Shown one piece after another: positions 1 through 10,525 of a stretch of 42,591 nucleotides of DNA (its first letter is position 1; each line of letters begins with the position of its first letter). The stretch comes from Pachysolen tannophilus NRRL Y-2460 (lineage: Eukaryota), in the NCBI GenBank assembly GCA_001661245.1, contig KV454011.1:1514724-1557314 (forward strand), read 5' to 3'. A program made the translations under genes and the position numbers. The notes beneath the pieces were generated by a model. That model saw nothing but the letters and a program-made list of their open reading frames with translations. It made no database searches and had not been told where the DNA came from.

Positions 1-1457
1 TCAAACAATTCTTCAACTGATTTTGTGAATCTATTTGTTGCCTCGGTGATAGTTGCATGATCAGGTGGAGATGCAATAGTCAACCTAACGAAATTACAAT
101 GTTCATCTGCTAAATTGTCGAAAGCCATATTTGGACCATGAACCACTGCAACACCATTTTCTATTGTTTTGTAAAACAAGTTTTTGGAAGTTAATTGTTT
201 ATACTCTGCAGGTGTATATTTTGATTTATCATAGTTTATAACAACAGTGATAAACATACCTGCATCTGGATCAATGACAGTGATAAGATTTTTCTTGTAA
301 GCGTCAGAAGCATACAAGGCATCAAGCATAACATTTCTTCTAATGATATATTCCCTTCTAACTTTAATGATCCATTCTAACCAACCATCAATCCCTCCTA
401 AATGTTGAATCACATTATTAACTAAAAATTGAGATGGACCACTTGGAGATCTAGTTGAAATATTAGAATAATTGTTAATTGCCTTGATAAAACTTTTATT
501 AGCAATGATATAACCTAATCTTAAACCTGGTGCAAAAACTTTTGAAAAAGTCTCAACTCTTACAACTCTTTTTGAAGTATCAATTGTTAAATAAGATGGC
601 GCCAATTCTTTAACAAAATTGTCCACAGTGACAGGAGCATCAACATCAAACTTACCGGATTTGACATCTTTATAAGGTGGTAAAGTTAAATAACCATATG
701 GATCATCTTCCAAGATACCAAAATCAAATTTTTCAGCCAATTTATAAATTTTCTTTCTTAATTCAAGAGGTTGAGTTAAACCTGTTGGATTTTGACCTGT
801 AGGAATTGTATATAAAAATTTAGGTAATGGTAAACCTGGATGTAAAATTTCCCAATTTTCTAATTCATATTTTAAATGATTATAATCTAAACCTTTACCT
901 TGAAAATCAAGTTTAATAGGAATTGGAATACCTCCACAGTTTTCAACACTTTGTAAGAAAGGTGTAAAAGTAAACTCTTCTACTAACACAACATCACCAG
1001 GATCTAAAAATAAATCACAAACTTTGTTTAATCCATTACCAGCACCATTATTAAGTACAACTTCCCAATCATTATAAGCTGGAGGATAAACTTTTTGAAC
1101 AAATTCTTTTAAAAATAAAAGTAATGGTTTCAAACCTTGAATATAAGAATATTGTAACCCATTTTTTAAATCAATAATATCATCTGGTCTATCAGTAACT
1201 TTTGGAATAATAACAGGATTTTTTGATTTTGAATCCAGTTTTAAAGTTTCAAGTTTCTTATCAGAAAAAGGTGCATCTGTCAAATGAACCGCAATAGACT
1301 CAACTGGGAAAAACCCATAATGAGGCATCCCACCACCTAAACTTAAAGGCTCAGGATGTGCCTTAATATGAGCTGGTGCTGTATTCTGAGAAAAATGACT
1401 CGAATATCTTGCGGCTGCTCTTTTGGAAATCAAATGTTCCAAATCCGAAGTCGTCAT
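1..1457 (-). CDS. ARO9: Aromatic amino acid aminotransferase (PLP-dependent class I), 3' end runs off the window
   Basis: Absent from the ORF track because it has no stop in the window. Manual translation from the ATG at 1457 gives MTTSDLEHLISKRAAAR...LSLGGGMPH...YTIPTGQNPTG...ILEDDPYG...RVETFSKVFAPGLRLG (PLP lysine motif), open to base 1. ARO9 rather than ARO8 rests on recalled similarity. Confidence 0.85.
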   Translation of the reverse strand, partial: MTTSDLEHLISKRAAARYSSHFSQNTAPAHIKAHPEPLSLGGGMPHYGFFPVESIAVHLTDAPFSDKKLETLKLDSKSKNPVIIPKVTDRPDDIIDLKNGLQYSYIQGLKPLLLFLKEFVQKVYPPAYNDWEVVLNNGAGNGLNKVCDLFLDPGDVVLVEEFTFTPFLQSVENCGGIPIPIKLDFQGKGLDYNHLKYELENWEILHPGLPLPKFLYTIPTGQNPTGLTQPLELRKKIYKLAEKFDFGILEDDPYGYLTLPPYKDVKSGKFDVDAPVTVDNFVKELAPSYLTIDTSKRVVRVETFSKVFAPGLRLGYIIANKSFIKAINNYSNISTRSPSGPSQFLVNNVIQHLGGIDGWLEWIIKVRREYIIRRNVMLDALYASDAYKKNLITVIDPDAGMFITVVINYDKSKYTPAEYKQLTSKNLFYKTIENGVAVVHGPNMAFDNLADEHCNFVRLTIASPPDHATITEATNRFTKSVEELF

Positions 1458-2202
1458 AATTTTTTTTTTCTTATTTATCCAATAAAATTTATTCCTACTA
1501 ATTTATGATATTCAACTTATACAATACTATAAATCCATGATATGATTAATATGAATAAAAAAAACTGAAACAGAAATAATCAAATAATATCAATAGCATA
1601 TATATATATATTTATATATATCAAACAAAAGTTAACAAATATTAATAACCTATGAAACCTATGGCTTAATTTCCATAACCTATTTGATCGGCAACTCTTA
1701 TCGCCGCCTAAAGTCCAGGAAAAGGCAGCTTCTCTAATCCGGAAGACTAAAAAAAAAAAAAAAAACTACTTGTGTACGCGTGTGTAAGTCCTGTTATCAA
1801 AGGCTGTTTATCCTTATCGTACCTATTTAGCTAAACCTTTAGAAACCGTAATTGTTTACGGCCACTTTTTTTTGAGGTCCTGTTTAGTGGAGTACCGCTT
1901 TCTCTTTCTTCGATATGGATAATTGCGTAGTTTGTAAGCGAGCCACCAAAGTACACACACAAATGATAAAGAGAATATCCACAGAGAATATCCCCGTGTA
2001 GAAGTATGGCTCACCGATTAGATGTTATAACTACTATAACTATTATTATTGTTTTTTTCTTTACTCCTATTTCCATTATTTAACAAGCAAAATAAAATTA
2101 AAAAGCATCTATAATACTACAAGAAAGAAAGAAAGAAAGAAAGAGAGAAAAAACGCCAAAAACGCCAGCCATCATAACAAAAACTTAATTAAAGCTGTAA
2201 GC

Positions 2203-3712
2203 TTAACCTAACATTTCAGCATCTTCTTCATCTGCAACAGCTGTACTCAGTATACCGAATTCTTCATCTTCTTCATCGTCTTCTAAATATTTCATAGATT
2301 CAGAATTTCTATATTCATCAATTAAGCTCTCAACCATGTCTCTACTATTTTGAAATTCTTCCAAGATATCAAACCCATCATAGTTATGTTTTCTGTATGC
2401 TTCTACAAAAGCATTTCTTTTCATTAATTTATCATATTGTGATAAGACTTTATTAAACAATGATACAATTGAAGTTTGATTAGATAGCATCAATCCACTT
2501 ACCGGTGTTCTATTTATTTTTTGTTTTAAAAAAGGAGATCTCTTCGATTTAGCCAAATGTACAGAGGATGAAGTCCAAGGAACAAATTCTATTCTTTGTT
2601 GTGCTTTTATTAACCCTTTTTGAATATCTGATTGTTCAATATCCCCCTGGATTATATCCAATGCTGAGATATATAAGCCATGATTATCTGGAGATGATTT
2701 AACCATTTTCAATTTCTTATCCAATAGTTCCAATATAACATCATATGCTGTACTTTTCCTGATATCTCTTGCTTCAGAAACAAAATCTGAGGTAAAAGGA
2801 GTATACGTTGGAGTTAAAAAATGTAAATCAGGTGTTGGTATAAGAGTTGATATAATTGAAGTCATTGTATTATATGAATAACTTGGAAATCTTAATGGAT
2901 TTGTTATTGCAGACATAACTGTGGAAACTAATTGATTTGTTTGTTCAAATGATGGACTCTTGACTTGTAAATTATTCAATGCTATTGAAGATAGAGCACC
3001 ATTATCAAATACTATATTTGCATCACTACTTTCAATTAACCTTTTCAAAGTTAATACCGTGTTATATGGCTGAACAACAACATCAGAAGTTTGTTCCATC
3101 TCAGGAAATATAGAAAATGTAGTGTTTAATTTCTTGGCATACCTATCGGATAACATCTCTAGTAAATAAGAACCAACACCTGAACCAGTACCTCCAGCAA
3201 CTGAATGAATCAATTGGAAACCTTCTAACGAATCACATTTATCCAATTCTTTATCTAACATGTCCATAAATTCATCTGAATGACCAGTCGCGTATTTATA
3301 ACCTTGAGCCCATATATTCCCAGCACCACCACCATTAGAAGCAAGATGTATATTCCTAGGATTAAACATCGTGAAATTTGACGTGATACTAGAAACAACT
3401 CTTGGTTCCAAATCTATCAATAACGCTCTCGGTGTATATCTATTATCATCACTATTCGATTGGAAAAAAATATTCGTCTGATCTTCTCTTATTTTAACAC
3501 TATCAGGAACAGGCATCCCAGTACCATCAGGTAATATCCCATGTTCATTGCACAATTGCTGCCAAAACTTTTGACCAATCTGGTTCCCACATTGACCTAG
3601 AAATATAACATTTGTTAGTACACAACTAAAAACCCTTTTGAAAAAAATAAAGATAAAAACACCATCTAATAAACAACATACCAGCTTGTATTGTTATAAT
3701 TTCCCCAGGCAT
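2203..3712 (-). CDS. TUB4: Gamma-tubulin, 2 exons (3682-3712 and 2203-3596)
   Basis: The spliced N-terminus reads MPGEIITIQAG/QCGNQIG. PRALLIDLEPRV, the GGGTGSG tubulin signature, DVVVQPYN and an acidic tail are present. Confidence 0.95.
3597..3681 (-). other. Spliceosomal intron of TUB4 (85 nt)
   Basis: GTATGT donor at 3681, TACTAAC branch point at 3614-3620, TAG acceptor at 3597. Splicing restores the conserved G-Q-C-G frame. Confidence 0.93.
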
Positions 3713-4078
3713 GATAAATTCCAAATAATCTATTATACACAATAGAAAAAGAGAAAAAAAAGACCCCTAGTTCACAAAAGCCTCTTCTAGTCTTCTAGTC
3801 TTCAAATCTCTTTCTGTCTTTTGTTATAATAATCTACTTGTATAATTAAAACTTCCATCTTTAAAAGCGAATTGAAAGAAATTTGTAAACAAAACTCATT
3901 TCGGTCATTTGTGTTTTTTGTGAACTACCGCAATTTTTCAGATTAGCCGATGAAGAGGTATTAATGTTTGCGAAATGGATTTATGTTAAGTGGACATTGG
4001 ACTTATTGGGAGTATAAATAGGAGTAGAAGTAGGAGTAGAGGTAGGAATAATAGAGGTAGGAATAGAATTAGTTTAGT

Positions 4079-5638
4079 ATGAACATATATCCCACGTCTC
4101 TGGCGGCATCTGTTGTTTCGAGGCCTGAGTCTGCATATATTTTAAGAAAAGAGAGAGAAGAGCAAGAGAATAATCATGATCAAGTAGAGTTGGACGATCT
4201 TGATGCTGGAGTTGGTAGGTCAAGTGGGTATGTCAATCGGGTTGAAGAAGATGGACAGAATCTAAGTGAGAAATCCATTCAAAGGTCTGTATTGGTTGCT
4301 GAACAGTCTGCATCATCATCTGATATTATGGATGGTTTAGATGATCATTCGAAATTTCCCGATAGTGGGCTTACCGCTTGGATTGTTGTTGTTGGTTCCT
4401 TTGTTGGGTTATTGGGAGGATTGGGTGTTTTAAATACTACTGGTGTTATTCAAGCATATATTCAAAATAATCAATTAGCAGATATTAAAGTTTCTACAGT
4501 TAGTTGGATTTTTTCCATATATACTTTTTTATCATTTTTTGGAGGTTTTATAGTAGGACCATTATTTGACTATGCTGGGTGTCAAATCCCAATGATAGCT
4601 GGTATCTTATGTCTTTGTGGAGGGTTAATGGGCTCTGGAAGCTCTACAACTGTTTGGCAATTTGTTTTATCATTTGGAATTGCTTCCGGATCTGGAACAT
4701 GCCTTTTAATGACACCTCTTATTGGTGTTATATCTCATTGGTTTTTAAGGAAAAGAGCAATAGCTGTTGGTTTTGCAATGGCAGGCTCTGCCATTGGTGG
4801 TATTGTTTATCCATTACTCTTGAGATCGTTATATGTCAAAGTTGGGTTCCCATGGGCAATGAGAATCCTTGGTTTTGTATGCTTTGCAGTATTATCTGTT
4901 TCTTTAATATTGGTTAAAGATAGGTGTAGTGAAATGAGGATTTATAGATTACAAAGATCAGGTTATTCTGATGAAGATATTCTGAATTTAAAAATTGATT
5001 CCAAAAAAATTATTAAAGAAATTTTTGGATCAATGGATTTTAAAGGTTTTAAAGATAAAAGTTATTTATTTTTCACAATTTCAGTGTTATTTAACGAAGT
5101 ATCGTTATTCATAGTCTTGACATATTTTGTCTCTTATGCCATGGCTCAGGGAGTTGATGAATCAACAGCAATTGTACTATTAACTGTTGTATCCTCTGCA
5201 GGTGCTCCTGGACGTTATGTCACTGGATATTTAGCAGATAAGTACGGCAGATTCAACGTGATGTTCACCGCATTAACAGTGATGACCATTTTAATGTTGG
5301 TCATTTGGGTAGGATTTGGAAAATATCTAGGTGCCATGTATGCATTTGCAGTTACTTATGGTTTCTTGGGTGGATCCACAATATCTCTTACCCCAGTATG
5401 CTGTGGACAAATTAGCAAGACTGAAGATTTCGGCAAAAGATATGGCACTGCTTATTGCGTGGTCGCCTTTGGTATCTTGGTAGGTTTGCCCATAGCAGGT
5501 GCCATCATTGGAGATAACGGCAGTGTCAAAGGATATCAAAATATGGCAATATTCAGTAGTGTTTTGTGCGCAGTAGGATCTTTTTTCATGTTTTTACTGA
5601 GATATAGTATTGTAGGATTAAAAATAACAAAAGTATAA
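4079..5638 (+). CDS. MFS monocarboxylate-transporter-like protein (MCH4/MCH5 family)
   Basis: FPDSGLTAWIVVVGSF start of TM1, about 12 hydrophobic segments, HWFLRKRAIAVG, ADKYGRFN and CGQISKTEDFGKRYG, all typical of Mch proteins. Confidence 0.85.
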   Translation: MNIYPTSLAASVVSRPESAYILRKEREEQENNHDQVELDDLDAGVGRSSGYVNRVEEDGQNLSEKSIQRSVLVAEQSASSSDIMDGLDDHSKFPDSGLTAWIVVVGSFVGLLGGLGVLNTTGVIQAYIQNNQLADIKVSTVSWIFSIYTFLSFFGGFIVGPLFDYAGCQIPMIAGILCLCGGLMGSGSSTTVWQFVLSFGIASGSGTCLLMTPLIGVISHWFLRKRAIAVGFAMAGSAIGGIVYPLLLRSLYVKVGFPWAMRILGFVCFAVLSVSLILVKDRCSEMRIYRLQRSGYSDEDILNLKIDSKKIIKEIFGSMDFKGFKDKSYLFFTISVLFNEVSLFIVLTYFVSYAMAQGVDESTAIVLLTVVSSAGAPGRYVTGYLADKYGRFNVMFTALTVMTILMLVIWVGFGKYLGAMYAFAVTYGFLGGSTISLTPVCCGQISKTEDFGKRYGTAYCVVAFGILVGLPIAGAIIGDNGSVKGYQNMAIFSSVLCAVGSFFMFLLRYSIVGLKITKV

Positions 5639-6071
5639 GAAGAATAAATATTAGAAATCTCCTCCTTTTTAACAAACTAACCAATCAATACAATACTAGA
5701 TTCCCTCATATTCATAAGAAGTGATAATATGTTTATGTCTTCTTTAGTTTGGACATCAATTCCCAAAGGAACTTATTGCTGAATTTGGATAAAAAAATTT
5801 TTGTCCGCTGCGCTGAAAAATAATAATCGAAAAAAGATTTAAAATGCGGGAGTAATAAATACGGTAGTATAAATATATAATTCAATAGATATATTTATAT
5901 CCATATATATATCTATATATATATATATATATATATATGTGTTTATAAAGTAGAGTTTGGTTGGTTTGGTCTTTCTTCTTTATTTGTTGTTGTTGAGAAA
6001 TCAGAATTAATAAATAAATTAAAAAAAAAAATTTTAATTTTTGTTTTCTTTTGTGAATTAGAATACCAGTC

Positions 6072-6908
6072 ATGAGTTTTAATGTGGTAGCTTTAGGTGC
6101 TAGTACTGCTTTGATTGCAGCTGTTACCTGTTATTTCTTGGTTTTGGCTCCAAGAGAACGTAAAGTGTTGAAATCAGATCAATTTCAAGAATTCCCGCTT
6201 ATAGAGAAGATTATACTTTCTCATAATTCCGCGACTTATAGATTTGCGCTTCCAAGACCAAATGATATCTTGGGTTTACCTATAGGGCAACACATTTCCA
6301 TTGCTGCTGAGATCAACGGTAAGGAAATAGTCAGATCTTACACACCAACTTCTACTGATGATGCTAAAGGTTATTTTGATTTGTTGATAAAAGCTTATGA
6401 AAATGGGAATATTTCTAGATATGTTGCAAATTTAAAAATTGGAGAAACTATTAGAGTTAGAGGTCCAAAAGGTTTTTTCACCTATACCCCAAATATGGTT
6501 AAACATTTTGCTATGATTGCTGGTGGAACTGGTATAACTCCAATGTATCAAATCATCACTGCTATTGCAGAAAACCCACTGGATAAGACAAAAGTTACTT
6601 TACTCTATGGTAATGTTACTAGGGATGATATCTTGTTGAAACCAGAATTGGATCTGATTGTTAAGAACAATCCACAAATTCAGGTCCATTATGTCTTGAA
6701 TTCCCCTCCAGAAAACTGGGACGGAGGAGTTGGTTACATTACAAAAGAAATGATGCAAGAATTCTTTCCTGCTGCTTCTCCAACTACTCAATTGTTATTG
6801 TGTGGTCCTCCACCAATGGTTTCTGCAATGAAGAAATCTGCTGTAGAATTAGGTTTCCAAAAGGCAAAACCTGTTTCAAAATTGGGTGATCAAGTTTTCG
6901 TATTTTAA
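6072..6908 (+). CDS. CBR1: NADH-cytochrome b5 reductase
   Basis: N-terminal anchor, LGLPIGQHI, RSYTPTS FAD motif, MIAGGTGITPM, LLCGPPPM and C-terminal DQVFVF. Confidence 0.93.
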   Translation: MSFNVVALGASTALIAAVTCYFLVLAPRERKVLKSDQFQEFPLIEKIILSHNSATYRFALPRPNDILGLPIGQHISIAAEINGKEIVRSYTPTSTDDAKGYFDLLIKAYENGNISRYVANLKIGETIRVRGPKGFFTYTPNMVKHFAMIAGGTGITPMYQIITAIAENPLDKTKVTLLYGNVTRDDILLKPELDLIVKNNPQIQVHYVLNSPPENWDGGVGYITKEMMQEFFPAASPTTQLLLCGPPPMVSAMKKSAVELGFQKAKPVSKLGDQVFVF

Positions 6909-6987
6909 AATGATGCATCTGATCTGATAAAAATTAAAATTATATTTACATATAAATACATATACATACAATTTTTTTTTTTTTCTT

Positions 6988-7018
<31 letters not shown>

Positions 7019-7250
7019 TTATATATAACTAGCTCTTACTTCTTTTGTCTTTTTTTTTTTTTTTTTTTTTTCTTTTTATCTTTTATTCATTTAGAACACT
7101 TGTCTTTCGCCTAAAAAATATTCATTCATAGTTTAGATTATAATGTAAACATAGCATTATAATAATATAAATATATATATATATATATACAGTCTAAAGT
7201 TTCTTTTTTTGAAAAATTTCATTGTTAATTTTTTTTTTATAAATTGAAAA

Positions 7251-8822
7251 TTAATTATCTTCCAACTTTAAATTCTCTATTCTCGAATCAACAAAATTAT
7301 GAACAAAAAGAGGTTCATCAATAATCTTTGTATGAATTGCTTGTAATGCTCTTAAAGAATCAGATTCATTTATAACACAAGAAATATTGATTTCGTTAGC
7401 ACCTTGACTAATCATTTCAATGTTTATTTTTTCATCAGCCAAAGTTTTAAACATAGTTCCTGCAATGCCTATCAATTGTTTCATATGTCTTCCAACTAAT
7501 GAAACAATAGCCATATTATGGGTGACATCAACTTGTCCAAATTGTTTTAAATCTTCTACAGCCATTTTCAAAAATTTTCTTGATTCTGGTCTATTATGTA
7601 TAGCCATAGAAACATGTACTTCAGAAGTTGAAATTAAATCAACAACTAATTTATATTTATCCAATATTGAAAAAATATGAGCGAAAAACCCATGAGATAA
7701 TGTCTTTTTGTTGGAATGAACATTTACTACAGCAATTGAATCTTTAGTAGTAATTGCTGTTGCTGTTTTCTTATTTGTAAAAATTGAACTTGGTAATCTT
7801 TCAACAGAAGTAGGTGGATGAGGAGGTGTCAGTTCACCATGTTTCCCAACGTTATCGGGGTAAATGATTGTTCCTTGTCCTGTTGGATTTTCTACATTTT
7901 TAATTCTAATTGGAATCTTGGCTTTAATAACTTGTTCCATTGTGAAAGGATGAATAACTTCTGAACCATAATAAGTTAATTCTGCAGCTTCATCAGGTGT
8001 TACAGAAGCAATTAATCTTGCAGATTTAACTTTTCTTGGATCTGCGGTAAATATACCATCAACTTCTTTCCAAACTTGTAATTCTTCAGCATTAATACCA
8101 ACGGCAACTAATGCAGCACATAAATCTGTATAACCTCTACCAACTCCATTTAATAATCCACCTGGGACAATTCCAAAATAACCAGTTAATACTGGAATTT
8201 TTTTTTCAGAAACTTTTTCTACTTCTTTTGCTAAATTTATGGATAAATATTTATAAAAATCTTCATTAAATCCATTAGAAATATCATATCCTTGTGGAAT
8301 AAGTAATGATAAATCCACATATTCTGCAGGAGTACCACGATCATTTAATAATGCTGCAATAAATCTACAACTAAGTTTCTCACCACCAGACATAACAACA
8401 TCCAATGTCTTTGGTGAAATCTCACCAATAACTTGAGAAGCATCTAATAATTTTTTAATTTCTGTAATTTCTTGAATTGTTTCATCAATTAATTTTTTTT
8501 GTAAAAAAACATCTTTAATTTTTAATTTAGCATTATTTACATGATCATTAGTAATTTTTTGTAATATTTCATCATAATCCTTATCATCAGCAGCTAACTC
8601 TGCAGCTAATAATAATCTTGAAGTAGTTCCTTCAGATTTTGTATCTGAAGACCTCGCACTACAAACAACTGCTACTTTATTTGTATCAGCATAAACTTTC
8701 ACTATATCATCAGTAATTTTTTCAGGAAATTTACCAACACTAGTTCCACCAAATTTCTGCACTATCCAACCTTTTCTTGAGCCAGAGCTAGACCTCAGTG
8801 ATAAAGCTGGCGAATTAGACAT
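7251..8822 (-). CDS. HOM3: Aspartokinase
   Basis: VQKFGGTSVG, GRGYTDL, KEVDGIFTADP, ELTYYGSEVIHP and C-terminal ACT domains (NIEMISQGANEINISCVI). Confidence 0.97.
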   Translation of the reverse strand: MSNSPALSLRSSSGSRKGWIVQKFGGTSVGKFPEKITDDIVKVYADTNKVAVVCSARSSDTKSEGTTSRLLLAAELAADDKDYDEILQKITNDHVNNAKLKIKDVFLQKKLIDETIQEITEIKKLLDASQVIGEISPKTLDVVMSGGEKLSCRFIAALLNDRGTPAEYVDLSLLIPQGYDISNGFNEDFYKYLSINLAKEVEKVSEKKIPVLTGYFGIVPGGLLNGVGRGYTDLCAALVAVGINAEELQVWKEVDGIFTADPRKVKSARLIASVTPDEAAELTYYGSEVIHPFTMEQVIKAKIPIRIKNVENPTGQGTIIYPDNVGKHGELTPPHPPTSVERLPSSIFTNKKTATAITTKDSIAVVNVHSNKKTLSHGFFAHIFSILDKYKLVVDLISTSEVHVSMAIHNRPESRKFLKMAVEDLKQFGQVDVTHNMAIVSLVGRHMKQLIGIAGTMFKTLADEKINIEMISQGANEINISCVINESDSLRALQAIHTKIIDEPLFVHNFVDSRIENLKLEDN

Positions 8823-8873
8823 TTTTTTTTCAAAAAAAAACTGAATCCAAGAAAAGAAAAGAAATAATAAATG

Positions 8874-8905
<32 letters not shown>

Positions 8906-9483
8906 TTGAGTATTACTTAGCACAGCACACAGGAAAGTACTATTAAACTTACTCAAACGCAAAACGTAAAACCAATCAAGAAAAAGAAAAAGATTTTAAA
9001 CTTTTCCAGAAAATCAAAAAAAAAATTCCTTTGAGTATCTGAAACTTATACGGAAAGCTAGAAGAATAATAACTAATGAATGAATGAATGAATGTATAAG
9101 TGAATGAATTTTTTTTTTTTTTCACCAGTCAAGAGATGATGATTCATACCTGTATTCGGTTCCCAAAGGGTTATGTTAACTCAATCCTGTTTGTAGAGGT
9201 AAGCCACACATACAAAAACCCTTCCAAAACCATAAATCTTATATATCTCATGAATCTCATAAGAACATAAGAAACATCACAGCATTCGTCATTCCGGTTA
9301 GGCCAGGGACAATAGGAGACAGAAAAAAAAAAAAAAAGTTTTTTTTTTCTCAAAAAAAAATTTCTTAAGTACCTCTTTGGAGCTAAATCGGCGGCGGCGG
9401 CGGGGAGATGAAAAGGGAAAAAGGGCCTTGACCGGTCCTAAGATCCCGCTAAAAAAAAAAAAAAAAAAGCTAAATTAAATTCG

Positions 9484-9527
9484 CTGAAAATCCACTGAAA
9501 ATCTGCTGAAAATCTGCTGAAAATTTC
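9484..9527. repeat. 11-bp tandem repeat x4 (CTGAAAATCTG consensus)
   Basis: Units CTGAAAATCCA, CTGAAAATCTG, CTGAAAATCTG, CTGAAAATTTC read directly from the sequence. Confidence 0.85.
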
Positions 9528-10525
9528 GCTAAGAATTCGAAAGAGATTTTCCCCTTCCAAAAAAATTCCCGCTATAGGAAAAATCAAACTGCTTTGTACC
9601 TGTTTGTTTTTCTTTCTCCATGTTTAATTACTTTATATCTGTTGTTGCCAAGCCTCCCCCTATTAAAATGTAACAAATACATATCATCGAATAAATCAAT
9701 CCATCAAATAATTATTAAATAATTCTTCAGTTACTGCCTCCTGAAAAGTGACGCGTTAAATATTGCATCGAAACTTAACTTGATTGATTATAAGAAATCT
9801 TTTCTTGTTATATTTTTTTTTCTTCTTCTTTTTCTTTTACTAGCGCTATTGGTGGTGTGTGTAATTGGTTTTAATATCTCACAAAATTATATACATTTAA
9901 GAATGATGTCCACGTGTAAGGCCAATTATTATTATTATTTAAAAAAAAAAAAATTAAAAAAAAACTTGTTTCCGAATCATTTGAAGTCATCTAATACTAA
10001 AATCATCTTTTTGTTATTCTTTTATTTCCTTTTGAATATACATCCGAACATATCTGGCATGCGTTTATATAATATTAGCAATAGATTTAATTCAAGACAA
10101 TTATTTATTTACTAATTGAACTTAATATGATAATAAGCCCGAGAAAGATTTTCGTCTGAGCGTAATTTTGCATATAGGCGCAATATCATATATATAAATA
10201 TATAAATATATATATATATATGATTCACAAGACAAATTGTTTGATATATATTATTTGATCTAATACATATATAAATATATTTATTTAGATATATATGTAT
10301 ATATATATAAAAGTTGAGTTCTAATTTTTTTATGAGAGATATTTTTATTCATACATATACCTAGCTAGCCTACGTATACTTTGTTTGATTAACTGATTAG
10401 CTAATTTCTTTTGTTTGTTCTTTGTATGATATTTTTCAAAAAATCGGGTTTTTTTACAACGTTGGGGAAGTAGTAGAAGAAGAAGAAGAATAATAAGAAG
10501 TAGAAGAAGTAGAATATTTGAAATC

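Noticed and set aside
8841..9213. Possible HOM3 5'-UTR intron (GTATGT at 9213, pyrimidine tract and CAG at 8841)
   Set aside because: No credible branch point (only TACTCAAC or TGCTAAG). It cannot be supported without transcripts.
9484..9527. CRISPR-like or telomeric interpretation of the short repeats
   Set aside because: The context is eukaryotic, there are no spacers, and the array is too short and internal.
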